This document shows positions 26,188 to 35,553 of a DNA stretch of 64,000 nt, in pieces. Under the pieces are notes generated by a model. It was not told the DNA's origin, ran no database searches, and saw only the letters and a list, made by a program, of their open reading frames with translations. The stretch is from positions 32,001 through 96,000 of IMG/VR virus record IMGVR_UViG_3300038856_000064, one strand, 5' to 3'. Origin of the DNA: a virus. The translations under genes and the position numbers were made by a program. Position 1 is the first letter of the stretch, and the number at the start of each line of letters is the position of its first letter.

Positions 26188-27248
26188 TTCTTTTTTACCC
26201 TATCTACCACGCCTTTTCGCAAACAATCCCTATAAATCATACTATAGACTAAGTCATCAAAAGAGTATGTTGGCTTCCAACCCAACTCATTATGTGCCAT
26301 ACTAGCATCTCCAATAAGTACGTCAACTTCTGATGGTCGAACAAATTCCGGATTAATTTTTACATACTTACTCCAGTCATCAATGCCAACATAACCAAAG
26401 GCAATATTTAAGAAATCCCTAATGCGGTGTGTTTCCCCCATTGCTATTACATAGTCTTTGGGTTTATCTTTCTGAAGCATTAACCATGCGGCTCGCATAT
26501 AATCCTCAGCATTTCCCCAATCACGATAAGCATCTAGATTACCTAACTCAATATGACTCTGTTCGCCAGTTAAAATCCTAGCAATTCCGTCAGTTATCTT
26601 GCGTGTTACGAATTCGATTCCGCGATAGGGTGATTCGTGATTGAATAATATCCCCGCCACTGCAAACATACCATATGCCTCGCGATAATTACGCACTAGC
26701 GCATAGGCTGTTAGTTTTGCTACACCATAGGGCGATCTAGGAATCATTGGGGAGTTCTCATTTAAGACGTGTTCAAATATAACCCCATCCTCTGGCTTAT
26801 CCTTACCGAAGATCGCACTATTGCCAAACTGTTCGGAACTTCCCGCCTGATAAAACTTACATTCCGGTGCGAACTGTCTGACTGCTTCTAGACAAACAGC
26901 AGCACCATTGCCAGTGATCTCCAATGTTGAGAGTGGAGATTTGAACGAGTGCCATACTTGAGATTGAGCAGCTAGATTATAAAACTCGGTGGGCTTGTAA
27001 GCTGCCACAATACGCGCAATAGATGAGAGGTCTGTAATGTCACCAGATTCTATGATAAGTTTGGCATCCTTGCAGTATTGCTCATAGTTTGGAATGTCTG
27101 TTAGGCGCCAACCAGTCGAGGAACTCGTCCTACGCTGAATACCAACTACTCTATAACCTTTTTCTAGTAGCAATTTGGCAAGATAAAATCCATCCTGTCC
27201 GTAGATTCCCGTGATCACAGCCGTATGCATTTGATTCTCTTTATCCAT
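26169..27248 (-). CDS. gmd: GDP-mannose 4,6-dehydratase
   Basis: ITGIYGQDGFYLA, YNLAAQS, QAGSSEQFG, PRSPYGVAK, GILFNHESP, FVTRKIT, LGNLDAYRDWG, RPSEVD. Confidence 0.96.
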   Translation of the reverse strand: MDKENQMHTAVITGIYGQDGFYLAKLLLEKGYRVVGIQRRTSSSTGWRLTDIPNYEQYCKDAKLIIESGDITDLSSIARIVAAYKPTEFYNLAAQSQVWHSFKSPLSTLEITGNGAAVCLEAVRQFAPECKFYQAGSSEQFGNSAIFGKDKPEDGVIFEHVLNENSPMIPRSPYGVAKLTAYALVRNYREAYGMFAVAGILFNHESPYRGIEFVTRKITDGIARILTGEQSHIELGNLDAYRDWGNAEDYMRAAWLMLQKDKPKDYVIAMGETHRIRDFLNIAFGYVGIDDWSKYVKINPEFVRPSEVDVLIGDASMAHNELGWKPTYSFDDLVYSMIYRDCLRKGVVDRVKKKDESTI

Positions 27249-27362
27249 TTGTATATGCCTCACTTAGGTCTGCGACCCATTGCATAAATACTGTCTCCAT
27301 TACTGGCCTCTCCTTGAGTGACGACGGTAGATCTGCCTACACCTGAACTTCGTATCCTTGCT

Positions 27363-27713
27363 TCATAGTGTCACCGTGCATTGTGACCAGGGCGGCACGT
27401 CTCTCTCAGTTGTGGTAAAAACAAGAGCCTCCTGATTGTTAGCTAGACTAAATCGACTGCCGTGTTCATCTATTCTGATTTCGTGCACAGTCCAATAACG
27501 CGCCTCGCTTGCACTGAGGCATTCATCGATAACGAATTCTCGCAATTGTTCTAGCTCGATGTTTTTGACAACCCAAGTGGCATCACCATCACCCCCAGCG
27601 AAACATACCTCGCTGAGTAACCAACCCACTAGGCTTTTGATGTGAGCCTTGAAGGTCCATGGCATCTGTTTTAGCGGTTCGCGAATCATAGTACTCCATT
27701 CTCCTGTGCCCAT
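27363..27713 (-). CDS. Hypothetical protein
   Basis: ORF between fcl and gmd. Confidence 0.5.
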   Translation of the reverse strand: MGTGEWSTMIREPLKQMPWTFKAHIKSLVGWLLSEVCFAGGDGDATWVVKNIELEQLREFVIDECLSASEARYWTVHEIRIDEHGSRFSLANNQEALVFTTTERDVPPWSQCTVTL

Positions 27714-28687
27714 TTATAGGTATTGATTAGTGTTGATCTAAAATTAGACTTTGCCTCAAAGCCGAATCGTTCTTTTGCTCTTGATACATCTAGTTGTCTT
27801 CTCGGTTGCCCATTAGGTTTACTTGTGTCCCAGCGTATCTCTCCCTCATAACCGACGACATCTTTGATTGTGTGGGCCAAATCTCTAATCGTTATTTCTT
27901 TTCCTGTTCCGATGTTTACTGGATCAGGATTATCATAATGGAGAGTAGCTTGAAGAATTGCCTCGGCACAATCACCTACATACAAGAACTCTCTTGAGGC
28001 AGAGCCATCACCCCACAAAGTTACGAACGGGTCACCGGCAAGCTTGGCTCGATGAAACTTTTTAAGCATTGCTGGAATAACATGACTACTATCGTCATCA
28101 AAATTATCATGCTCACCAAAAAGATTTACTGGAATAAGAAAGATGCCGTTAAAGCCATACTGTGCCCTGTATGCCTTAAGCATCTCTAGTTGTACACGTT
28201 TAGCAATACCATATGGGGCATTAGTTTCTTCGGGGTAACCATTAAACAGATCTTTTTCCCTAAACGGCACTGGTGTATTTCGAGGATAACTACATACTGT
28301 GCCGATTCCCACAAATTTCTTAATGGGATGATGGCGCCGATAAGACCCATCGGGATGACAGGATCTAACTAAGCTGACCGTTTCATGGCGACAAGATTCA
28401 ATTAAGTTGGTCGTCATCATTAAGTTGTCATATAGGAACTCCCCAGGCTTTTCGCGATTGACACCGATACCCCCGCATTTAGCAGCTAGATGAATGACCA
28501 TGTCTGGATTATTACATGCCATATATTCGGCAATACTATGTTTATCTAGTAAGTCCAACTCGTTATGTGTTGGGGTCATAATATCCATATCTACGACCCT
28601 CCAATAAGACTTACTATATCGGTCAAGCGCTTTTACGACATGATGCCCCAGAAAACCATGACTGCCAGTTATTAGAATTTTAGTCAT
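27686..28687 (-). CDS. fcl: GDP-L-fucose synthase / GDP-colitose synthase (Fcl/ColC family)
   Basis: ITGSHGFLG, HLAAKCGGI, GTVCSYP, YGIAK, SHVIPA, WGDGSASREFLYV, KPNGQPRR. Confidence 0.92.
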   Translation of the reverse strand: MTKILITGSHGFLGHHVVKALDRYSKSYWRVVDMDIMTPTHNELDLLDKHSIAEYMACNNPDMVIHLAAKCGGIGVNREKPGEFLYDNLMMTTNLIESCRHETVSLVRSCHPDGSYRRHHPIKKFVGIGTVCSYPRNTPVPFREKDLFNGYPEETNAPYGIAKRVQLEMLKAYRAQYGFNGIFLIPVNLFGEHDNFDDDSSHVIPAMLKKFHRAKLAGDPFVTLWGDGSASREFLYVGDCAEAILQATLHYDNPDPVNIGTGKEITIRDLAHTIKDVVGYEGEIRWDTSKPNGQPRRQLDVSRAKERFGFEAKSNFRSTLINTYKWAQENGVL

Positions 28688-29864
28688 TGCTCCCCTCTGT
28701 TCTATTAACCTCTAAGCGTATCGCTTCATCAATAATACTACCCATTTCCTCCATATCTTCCTGAGATAATTCCGGGTGAACCCCTACGTAGAACCCCTGC
28801 TTATTGAGGTAGTTAGCATTTGGAAACTCTTTAGCTAAATCGCTATTGAAGTATTTCTGTACCACTGGCTGGTTAGTAATTGGCATCAACCTACGTATTT
28901 CTATGCCGTGATCATTTAGGTAACGGATTACATTATTTGCATCTAGAAAATCAGAGAGTATTATGGGATACATCATGTATGAATGCTTTTGTCCATATGG
29001 CAACCACACTTTTTTAGGAGACCAGTGCGCCAAAATATCATCTAGGACTGCCGCGTTTCTTCGCCGCGCTTCATATAGCTCATCCCTGCGCTCGATCTGG
29101 GCCTTCACGATTGCCGCGCTGACGTCGTTCCACTTCATCGAATGTCCCCAGGTGTCAAAATGGAACTTATCTGCTATCCGGTGGATATCCTCGTTGCCAA
29201 ACCTAGAGCTTCTGCCGTGATTAACCAACTTCCAACAATACTCATCTAGTTGAGAATCATCAGTCATAATTAATCCGCCGCCGCCGCCCGAGATGAGGTG
29301 ATTACTAAAGAATGACGTGGTTAAAATATGCCCATGACCGACCCCCTTGACAAAGGTGGCCTCGCATGCGTCCTCAACAACCCAGCAATTAAAAATTCTA
29401 CAGGTCTCAAAGATAAGTTGCGAGCACGCCTGTCCATAAAGGTGGGCGGGAACGACTATATCTACCGGATCCCCAATATCCCTTTGTTCTTGTAGGACTT
29501 TTTGTAGGGCAAGGTCTGACATATTACCAGTTGATCTATCAACGTCAACTAGAACAATGTCACAACCTGCAAGGATAGCTGCCGCCAGTGTTGAGATATA
29601 GGTGCAGGCTGGCACAGCCACTAGTGGTTTCTCGTCATCCCTTCTATTTAGACGAGTCTCTACGATGGCCTGAATTGCTAGATGGATTGCACTTTGACCT
29701 GAGTTAAGAGCTAGACCATGCTTAAATCCATGAAGCTTGGCACAGGTTTCTTCTACCTCTTTTACTACCTTGCCAGGACTGATGTAATTATCATCTAGAA
29801 CCTGGGCAACATATTGTTTCTCAAGATCGCCAATGGACGAGCTTCCTAGAGTTAGCCTCTTCAT
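28680..29864 (-). CDS. DegT-fold PLP enzyme with His in place of the catalytic Lys (ColD/E1-like 3-dehydratase candidate)
   Basis: NSGQSA, HLYG, EDACEA, TSFFSNHLISGGGGG (His where DegT has Lys). Confidence 0.75.
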   Translation of the reverse strand: MKRLTLGSSSIGDLEKQYVAQVLDDNYISPGKVVKEVEETCAKLHGFKHGLALNSGQSAIHLAIQAIVETRLNRRDDEKPLVAVPACTYISTLAAAILAGCDIVLVDVDRSTGNMSDLALQKVLQEQRDIGDPVDIVVPAHLYGQACSQLIFETCRIFNCWVVEDACEATFVKGVGHGHILTTSFFSNHLISGGGGGLIMTDDSQLDEYCWKLVNHGRSSRFGNEDIHRIADKFHFDTWGHSMKWNDVSAAIVKAQIERRDELYEARRRNAAVLDDILAHWSPKKVWLPYGQKHSYMMYPIILSDFLDANNVIRYLNDHGIEIRRLMPITNQPVVQKYFNSDLAKEFPNANYLNKQGFYVGVHPELSQEDMEEMGSIIDEAIRLEVNRTEGSND

Positions 29865-30247
29865 ATTTTCCCATACCACTGCATAAAGATATCGTCATCC
29901 GCCACAAGTATAAGGTCATAAATCTTCTTACTCTCGTCGTCGGAATAAAGGTAGTTATACGAATTTCTTACTTTGTCGCGTAAAATTCCAGCAGCTTTTT
30001 GCTTTATCTTCTTAGCCTTCCTAAGCCATTTTCTATTATCAATGACCTCACTATAGAGACCATGACCGCCTTCTTTTAAAAGCTGTTTTTTACTATACTT
30101 GCTGTAGTCTTTATATGGTCCAAATAAATTATCGATCCTGTCATTCAGGTCTAGAATTAGTGAATGCAACAATGAATATTTATCTAGTGGATCCGGATTA
30201 TAATCAACGAACTCTTTAAAATCTTGTATAAACTTATCGTGTTTCAT
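29861..30247 (-). CDS. Hypothetical protein
   Basis: 128-aa AT-rich ORF. Confidence 0.6.
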   Translation of the reverse strand: MKHDKFIQDFKEFVDYNPDPLDKYSLLHSLILDLNDRIDNLFGPYKDYSKYSKKQLLKEGGHGLYSEVIDNRKWLRKAKKIKQKAAGILRDKVRNSYNYLYSDDESKKIYDLILVADDDIFMQWYGKI

Positions 30248-30638
30248 TGCAGTCCTCGCATTTCTTACGATTCATAAAATCAACATACCAACCTTGACCG
30301 TTGCACGTTTTACACACCTGATTATGCTCCAACTCTTTATTTATTTTTCGTAATAATGTTGCAAAGATACAACTTACAATATTTTTATAATCTATAAACT
30401 TACCTTCGTCAAATTCAATATCACAGCTAGCCCCGAACTTTTTATCATTAACATAAGTCCAGGCGAAGCCACCAACCCGTTTATATTTATACAGACACCG
30501 ATCAAAATGAATTTCTATATCCAAAGATATTGTTTTGTCTCCGTAATCAATGATAAGCGGATTACTATATCTTGCAACTTCAAAATTGAAGGCATCTTCT
30601 TGCTCTTGTAAGAATTCAGATAACGAGATCGACCTCAT
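30234..30638 (-). CDS. Hypothetical protein with C-terminal CxxCxGxG Zn finger
   Basis: CKTCNGQG...CEDC; start moved to the ATGA-coupled ATG. Confidence 0.6.
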   Translation of the reverse strand: MRSISLSEFLQEQEDAFNFEVARYSNPLIIDYGDKTISLDIEIHFDRCLYKYKRVGGFAWTYVNDKKFGASCDIEFDEGKFIDYKNIVSCIFATLLRKINKELEHNQVCKTCNGQGWYVDFMNRKKCEDCNETR

Positions 30639-30868
30639 GTCTTGAACCACCCGGCTTCCTCGTCCCAAAATACTTCTTGAGTCTTTTCATAATTTTTAGA
30701 ACTCCAGAAGGACCCATGACAGACAGCCTCATACCACCTATCTTTGTTCCTGTCGTGAACTATCCATCCTTTTTCGCCATTGATTATTGCCTCGCCATAC
30801 GCCGTATTTGTATTGACGCTTACGGTAAAGCCACAAAATGTAGGTGTATTATTCAGCGAATCACCCAT
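30635..30868 (-). CDS. Hypothetical protein
   Basis: 77-aa ORF with a GAGG SD. Confidence 0.55.
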   Translation of the reverse strand: MGDSLNNTPTFCGFTVSVNTNTAYGEAIINGEKGWIVHDRNKDRWYEAVCHGSFWSSKNYEKTQEVFWDEEAGWFKT

Positions 30869-30871
30869 TAT

Positions 30872-31213
30872 TTACCTCGCTTTATAATCCTTTAAGTTCG
30901 GTTCGCGAACCAATTCCTCATTTCCCTCTTTCACAGCCTTGGCAAAAATTTCACCTAGACCAGCAACAAGACGTGGGCGTATAACCCCATTGAGATAATC
31001 TATCTTCCTCTTGATCGCTCCGACTTGAGCATCATCAAAATTTGGATTACGCACTTGATCTTCTAGTTGCCATAGTTTTACATGTACAATGGCAAGTCTT
31101 TCAATAGCATAAGTAAGAGTTACTGGAGGATTAAAAGTACAATCAGACTCAACTAGATGACGAAATTCATCAGTGCGCATGTAGTCGTGGATAAAACTAT
31201 CTAAGTTTTTCAT
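30872..31213 (-). CDS. DUF4254/DUF6165-like helical protein
   Basis: IERLAIVHVKLWQLEDQVR...KIDYLN..R motif. Confidence 0.55.
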   Translation of the reverse strand: MKNLDSFIHDYMRTDEFRHLVESDCTFNPPVTLTYAIERLAIVHVKLWQLEDQVRNPNFDDAQVGAIKRKIDYLNGVIRPRLVAGLGEIFAKAVKEGNEELVREPNLKDYKAR

Positions 31214-31482
31214 TCTATCATCTCCCATCCTTCTTCAATCAAGTCCGTTATTGCATACTGCGGAATCCAATATCCCACTAATTTCATTTCTAATAGCTTT
31301 ATGGCACATTCTATAGGATGTGAGAATAAAAAAGACTGACCATCATACGGTAATCCGATCTCGACTATGGTGCCATCATCCTGATATCTTTTCGCGGCTA
31401 GCTCTAGAACCCACCCGTCATCAGATTCATAAACATATGCATCACATTGAAAATTATTCGTGCTCCATCGACAATAAGACAT
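31210..31482 (-). CDS. Phage hypothetical protein
   Basis: MSYCRWS...CDAYVYES...GYWIPQYA; AGGAGG SD. Confidence 0.65.
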   Translation of the reverse strand: MSYCRWSTNNFQCDAYVYESDDGWVLELAAKRYQDDGTIVEIGLPYDGQSFLFSHPIECAIKLLEMKLVGYWIPQYAITDLIEEGWEMIE

Positions 31483-32369
31483 CAGCTATATACCTCCTTC
31501 ACAATAAGATCAGCTACGGTAGTAACATTTGGCGCGGGGCAAAGCTCCAGGATGTTCTTAGTGCGAATTCCCATGGCTTGACACCCGGTCTTCTGCATAG
31601 GAAAGTCCTTAGAGTGCAAAACAATCATCGGGGTTTCTGTAGCCGCAGCTAGGGTTTTTGCGCCCGAATCTAATCCAAACCACAGGTCACTATTATCGAT
31701 CAGTGATGCCCATTCTTTGTATGGCATCCCCCTTGCATCTATCACATTATTTGGTAACGGCTCATTAGGTGCACCTGTAAAAACACACTTGATATCTTTT
31801 TGTTCTAGTAGGTCAACTAGCAATTGATAATTCTCAGGTGACCAGACCGGACTAGCCGCATAACTTATATGATTCACAGTAATGAATGTCTTACAGGAAT
31901 CGTCACTCTTTTCTGGACCAAGGTCATTATCAAGTATAAATTTGAGCGCAACCCTCTCTTGCTCATCTGTAATATTTAGTACAATACTACGATCTTTTAC
32001 GTCGTTAGGATTCAAGCCTGCATTTCGTGCTCGTAAGCTAATAAAATCTTCGGTAGGGCGCTCGTAGAAATTACTATAGCGTGGCCAGTATTGTAAGTCA
32101 TAATACTTATCATGCCTTTTTACAACATCTAGAATCTTACGATCCATATCATGCTCTGCTTCTTGTCTAGTTGTGTGACCTTCGGGCAATTTCCAATATA
32201 CTATTTCATCAATATGAGGGTTGCCAGCAATAACGGGGGCGAATTTATCTCTTATGTGCCACGAAATAAAAGCATCTGGATGAAGCTCGCGGATGTGTTT
32301 TATTATTGGTGTAGCATAAAGCACGTCAGCCATTGCCCCCCACGCAATAATACCGATCGACTTAGGCAT
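31482..32369 (-). CDS. Glycosyltransferase family 9 (heptosyltransferase-like)
   Basis: GAMADVLYATPII, NPHIDE, W...Y..LV, GLDSG..LAAA..TP. Confidence 0.85.
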   Translation of the reverse strand: MPKSIGIIAWGAMADVLYATPIIKHIRELHPDAFISWHIRDKFAPVIAGNPHIDEIVYWKLPEGHTTRQEAEHDMDRKILDVVKRHDKYYDLQYWPRYSNFYERPTEDFISLRARNAGLNPNDVKDRSIVLNITDEQERVALKFILDNDLGPEKSDDSCKTFITVNHISYAASPVWSPENYQLLVDLLEQKDIKCVFTGAPNEPLPNNVIDARGMPYKEWASLIDNSDLWFGLDSGAKTLAAATETPMIVLHSKDFPMQKTGCQAMGIRTKNILELCPAPNVTTVADLIVKEVYS

Positions 32370-32613
32370 CCTCCCCACCCCCCTCGTCAATCCCGTCAAT
32401 CCCCTCTATAATTGCGCTACGGAGACTATCCTGGCGTCCTCGCACCGCCGTTAGTTCTCTATCTAGACGAGATGTCAACTCGGTTAGTTCGCGATTTTTT
32501 GCCTCTAGAATAGAGAGGGTGTGGTGATTCTCTTCTACTTTTTGAACCAATGCATCTAGCCTAGTCTGTAGTTCTTCGACTCGTTTTTCGTTTTGTTTAC
32601 TTCGCTTGAACAT
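32362..32613 (-). CDS. Coiled-coil protein
   Basis: Heptad pattern; GGAGG SD after a class B promoter. Confidence 0.6.
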   Translation of the reverse strand: MFKRSKQNEKRVEELQTRLDALVQKVEENHHTLSILEAKNRELTELTSRLDRELTAVRGRQDSLRSAIIEGIDGIDEGGGEDA

Positions 32614-32632
32614 GGTGTACCTCCATACCTCT

Positions 32633-32660
32633 ATTATGTGGCAAGATGCCTATTCCGTGC
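32633..32660 (-). promoter_or_regulatory. Phage promoter class B
   Basis: GCACGGA-N11-GCCACATAAT. Confidence 0.7.
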
Positions 32661-32668
32661 GGATTTTC

Positions 32669-33388
32669 TTATATATGCCTGATGCTACTCGAATCAAGAC
32701 GCCATAGGGCACAAAGTTCAGGTAGGCGGTGGAACTTATATCCAGCTAGTATGGCCTTTTTCCAAGTCTCATAATCTGGTGACTTACCGTCTAGCTTGAC
32801 ATCAGAGCGCGAGAAGCCACCTAGTTGTTTTAAAATCTCAGGACGATAAATCATAGTGGTATGCCCCAAACAATTCTGCCCCTTAGTTAACAGGCAATGT
32901 TTTATCTGTTCATGTGTACAGACATCTAGATTAGGTTCATTGGGCTCCACATAATCTAACTCTAACATTTCTGGTGCAGGGTCTCCATAAAATCCTACCA
33001 TGCGAGTAGAAATAAATGAAATTTCTGGATGGTTTCCTAAGAACTTCATCTGCAACTCTAATCTTTGAGGATGGATAATATCATCAAGATCAAAATGCCC
33101 CATCCATTCTGTATCAACTAGAGATGCGCCATAATCAATTACCGCTCCGATTACTGGTTCGCTCTTAAATGAATAAGAGTCAACCCTATCCCAAAGATCA
33201 TCACTCAGGCAAGATAGGGCATCGTTCCACTCAAGCACCTTCTCGGACGTATCCCAATCCCAATTGTGGGCGATGAAGATGATATTAAAATCTCGAAATG
33301 TCTGTCTCTCTAGTTGTTCTGCCCAATGCTTAATCCAAGGACGGTGAGCTTCATGACAATATGAAAGAATTGTTAAGTTCTTAGTCAT
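32669..33388 (-). CDS. Glycosyltransferase family 2
   Basis: QTFRDF, FDLDDIIHPQRLELQ, LGGF...DYETW. Confidence 0.85.
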   Translation of the reverse strand: MTKNLTILSYCHEAHRPWIKHWAEQLERQTFRDFNIIFIAHNWDWDTSEKVLEWNDALSCLSDDLWDRVDSYSFKSEPVIGAVIDYGASLVDTEWMGHFDLDDIIHPQRLELQMKFLGNHPEISFISTRMVGFYGDPAPEMLELDYVEPNEPNLDVCTHEQIKHCLLTKGQNCLGHTTMIYRPEILKQLGGFSRSDVKLDGKSPDYETWKKAILAGYKFHRLPELCALWRLDSSSIRHI

Positions 33389-33598
33389 CTACATCTCCTA
33401 ACTGGTTTATTAATAGCTTCTTCAATACTCCATCCTAATTTACTTATACGATTTAAAATTGTTTTATATGGCAAGTTATGCGTTTCGCAATAAGTTTTGA
33501 GTGATATACTGCCTATCATAAATTTTACCTTAGGAGGGCGACGATTTGACACCTGTTCCTTTATCAAACCACGTTCCGTCTGAAATATATCTTGCCAC
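33385..33598 (-). pseudogene. HNH-endonuclease C-terminal remnant joined out of frame to the 5' end of another gene
   Basis: EQVSNRR...SLKTYCETHNLPYKTILNRISKLGWSIEEAINKP with no HNH core; upstream frame reads MARYISDGTWFDKGT and then stops. Confidence 0.5.
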
Positions 33599-33600
33599 GC

Positions 33601-33816
33601 CTAATCCTCCAACCATACAAAAATCTTAGAAGGTTCTGTACAATGTTCTACACCATTCTCGTCATAAAATGGAATAAATGTAGCATCCTCTAAAAGCGCA
33701 TCCTTAACCCATTCTTCGATTTGTTTACGAAATGCCGCATTCTCTTTTTTAGTCCCTAGACTCTCAAATGATGCCTTTACTTCACATCCGATTGTTACCT
33801 TTATAGTCTTAGCCAT
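33601..33816 (-). CDS. Hypothetical protein
   Basis: 71-aa ORF. Confidence 0.55.
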   Translation of the reverse strand: MAKTIKVTIGCEVKASFESLGTKKENAAFRKQIEEWVKDALLEDATFIPFYDENGVEHCTEPSKIFVWLED

Positions 33817-34825
33817 TCCATCCCCTTCCCGTTCTCCAGTCCTCTATGAAATTTTTCATCCTAGTTGTCCACAAATTTTTCTCACGTTTATGATATGCCG
33901 CATTAGCAATTTCTTGTCGTTCATGTGGATGATCCAAGTAATACTTGATGCCATCGATCATATCGTGCACAAAGTGATACTCTACAAATTCTTTATTGGG
34001 TGTGTAAATCTTATGAAGATCATCTGTCTCTGTATGTTGGGTAGTAACCATGAAGGCTCCGCATCCCAATAATTCGAAATCTCTTCCCTTGATTTGGCCA
34101 TGGTTAGCGCTCCTAGAACACCAACGTAAGTTAAGGTTGATCATACTATCATTAAAGATGCTAACCATATCTTTACAGCTAGGGCGCCCATGATGATCTG
34201 GATGATCTCCCCAAAAGTGTCCCCACGTATGCACACGAATCCCAGCGCCACGTAATTGAGCAATGATACTCTCACGAATTCCGTGTCTTTGCCCGACAAA
34301 CGATACCTCGAATTGTGGCCCTGTAAATGATAGCTCGCGATGACACCAACTAGGAATTCCGAATGGCATATGATAACACTTTACTCCATCATTGCGAAGT
34401 TGATCCATCATATGAAGCGCTGGACTAATTGTGTGAGTATCATACCCCTCTGTGACTCTAGACTCTACAAAGCGGTCGCCCGAATAATGCTTATAGCGCA
34501 TATGGATATCGGGGTGATAGCTTACTATTGGAGTGCCGCCGTCGATTATTTGACGAGCCTGCGGGAGGTGAATACCCAATGCATGCGTGACTGGAATTTG
34601 GAAAATTAAGTCAACGCCCTTTGCAAGACTTACTAAACGCTCTAGCCCCTTAGGGTCGCTCTGAGTGTCAACCCAATGTGTCTCTAGCTCTACTAAACCC
34701 TCGTCTTCTAGTTGCTTCCATGGTTTATAGATATTTTCGTATTCCCACGAGGCGTTGGAAAAGTCAGGCTTCATCTGTCCGTTCTGCCCAAAGTCAGCAT
34801 ACAAACAGGCTAGTAAAATCTTCAT
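33809..34825 (-). CDS. CgeB/Glyco_trans_1_2-like GT-B glycosyltransferase
   Basis: EVSFVG...R, SMINLN, QIKGRDFELLGCGAF, IKYYLDHPHERQEIA. Confidence 0.85.
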   Translation of the reverse strand: MKILLACLYADFGQNGQMKPDFSNASWEYENIYKPWKQLEDEGLVELETHWVDTQSDPKGLERLVSLAKGVDLIFQIPVTHALGIHLPQARQIIDGGTPIVSYHPDIHMRYKHYSGDRFVESRVTEGYDTHTISPALHMMDQLRNDGVKCYHMPFGIPSWCHRELSFTGPQFEVSFVGQRHGIRESIIAQLRGAGIRVHTWGHFWGDHPDHHGRPSCKDMVSIFNDSMINLNLRWCSRSANHGQIKGRDFELLGCGAFMVTTQHTETDDLHKIYTPNKEFVEYHFVHDMIDGIKYYLDHPHERQEIANAAYHKREKNLWTTRMKNFIEDWRTGRGWNG

Positions 34826-35553
34826 TACTCCTCCACCAAATTTAGATGTATCCGGTAAATCTTACCGTCGATCTCAATCTTACGCCCAGACCAGTCATTA
34901 TCAAATGTCCGAGCCCTAAGTTCATTGATAAGATCATAGCCATCATATAAGCGCATTTCACTCTTCGTTATGGGGGGCAACTCAAAGTCTTTGCTATGGT
35001 GACTAACCGCCTTACTTTCGTCTTGTGGGACCCCATTGGGTATATGATTATTTGCAATTAGAAATAAATTAGTATCTATCAACTCCTTCATCGCTTTGAC
35101 TGCCTTGTCGTAGGCAGACTCTCCCGTATCCAGTGGTGTTAGCTCAACCTTCTTTTGCCATAGAATATTACCCGTATCGACTCCATCATCGACCCTATGA
35201 ATAGTGACCCCAAACGGTGTCCCCTCTACGATGGACCAATAGTATGGATGCTTTCCTCTCCCGTATGGGAGATAAGATGGGTGGGTATTAATTACTGTTA
35301 GTCCTGGAGTTTTATGGATATGCTTAAGAATCTTAGGCCACCAAGCGAGTACAATTAGATCAGGTTTGAATGTATCTACAAGGTGTTGAGTAAGAGACTC
35401 ATCTGTATATTTAAATGAAGGAATATCCTCTAGCACACACCACGCCCCCTCATGTTGAACAAAGGCAACATTTTCTGGACGGTATGAAATTATCCGATCA
35501 CAAAGATATTTGCCAACCTCGTGATTACCAGCAAGTATACCTATCTTAGTCAT
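34825..35553 (-). CDS. Sugar N-formyltransferase (N10-formyl-THF dependent)
   Basis: INTHPSYLPYGRG, GVTIHRVDDGVDTG; short protein without an Fmt C-domain. Confidence 0.85.
   Translation of the reverse strand: MTKIGILAGNHEVGKYLCDRIISYRPENVAFVQHEGAWCVLEDIPSFKYTDESLTQHLVDTFKPDLIVLAWWPKILKHIHKTPGLTVINTHPSYLPYGRGKHPYYWSIVEGTPFGVTIHRVDDGVDTGNILWQKKVELTPLDTGESAYDKAVKAMKELIDTNLFLIANNHIPNGVPQDESKAVSHHSKDFELPPITKSEMRLYDGYDLINELRARTFDNDWSGRKIEIDGKIYRIHLNLVEE

Noticed and set aside
34825-35553. Met-tRNA formyltransferase partnering def and map
   Set aside because: It is too short, lacks the Fmt C-terminal domain, and sits in a cassette with a sugar aminotransferase, a methyltransferase and a GT.
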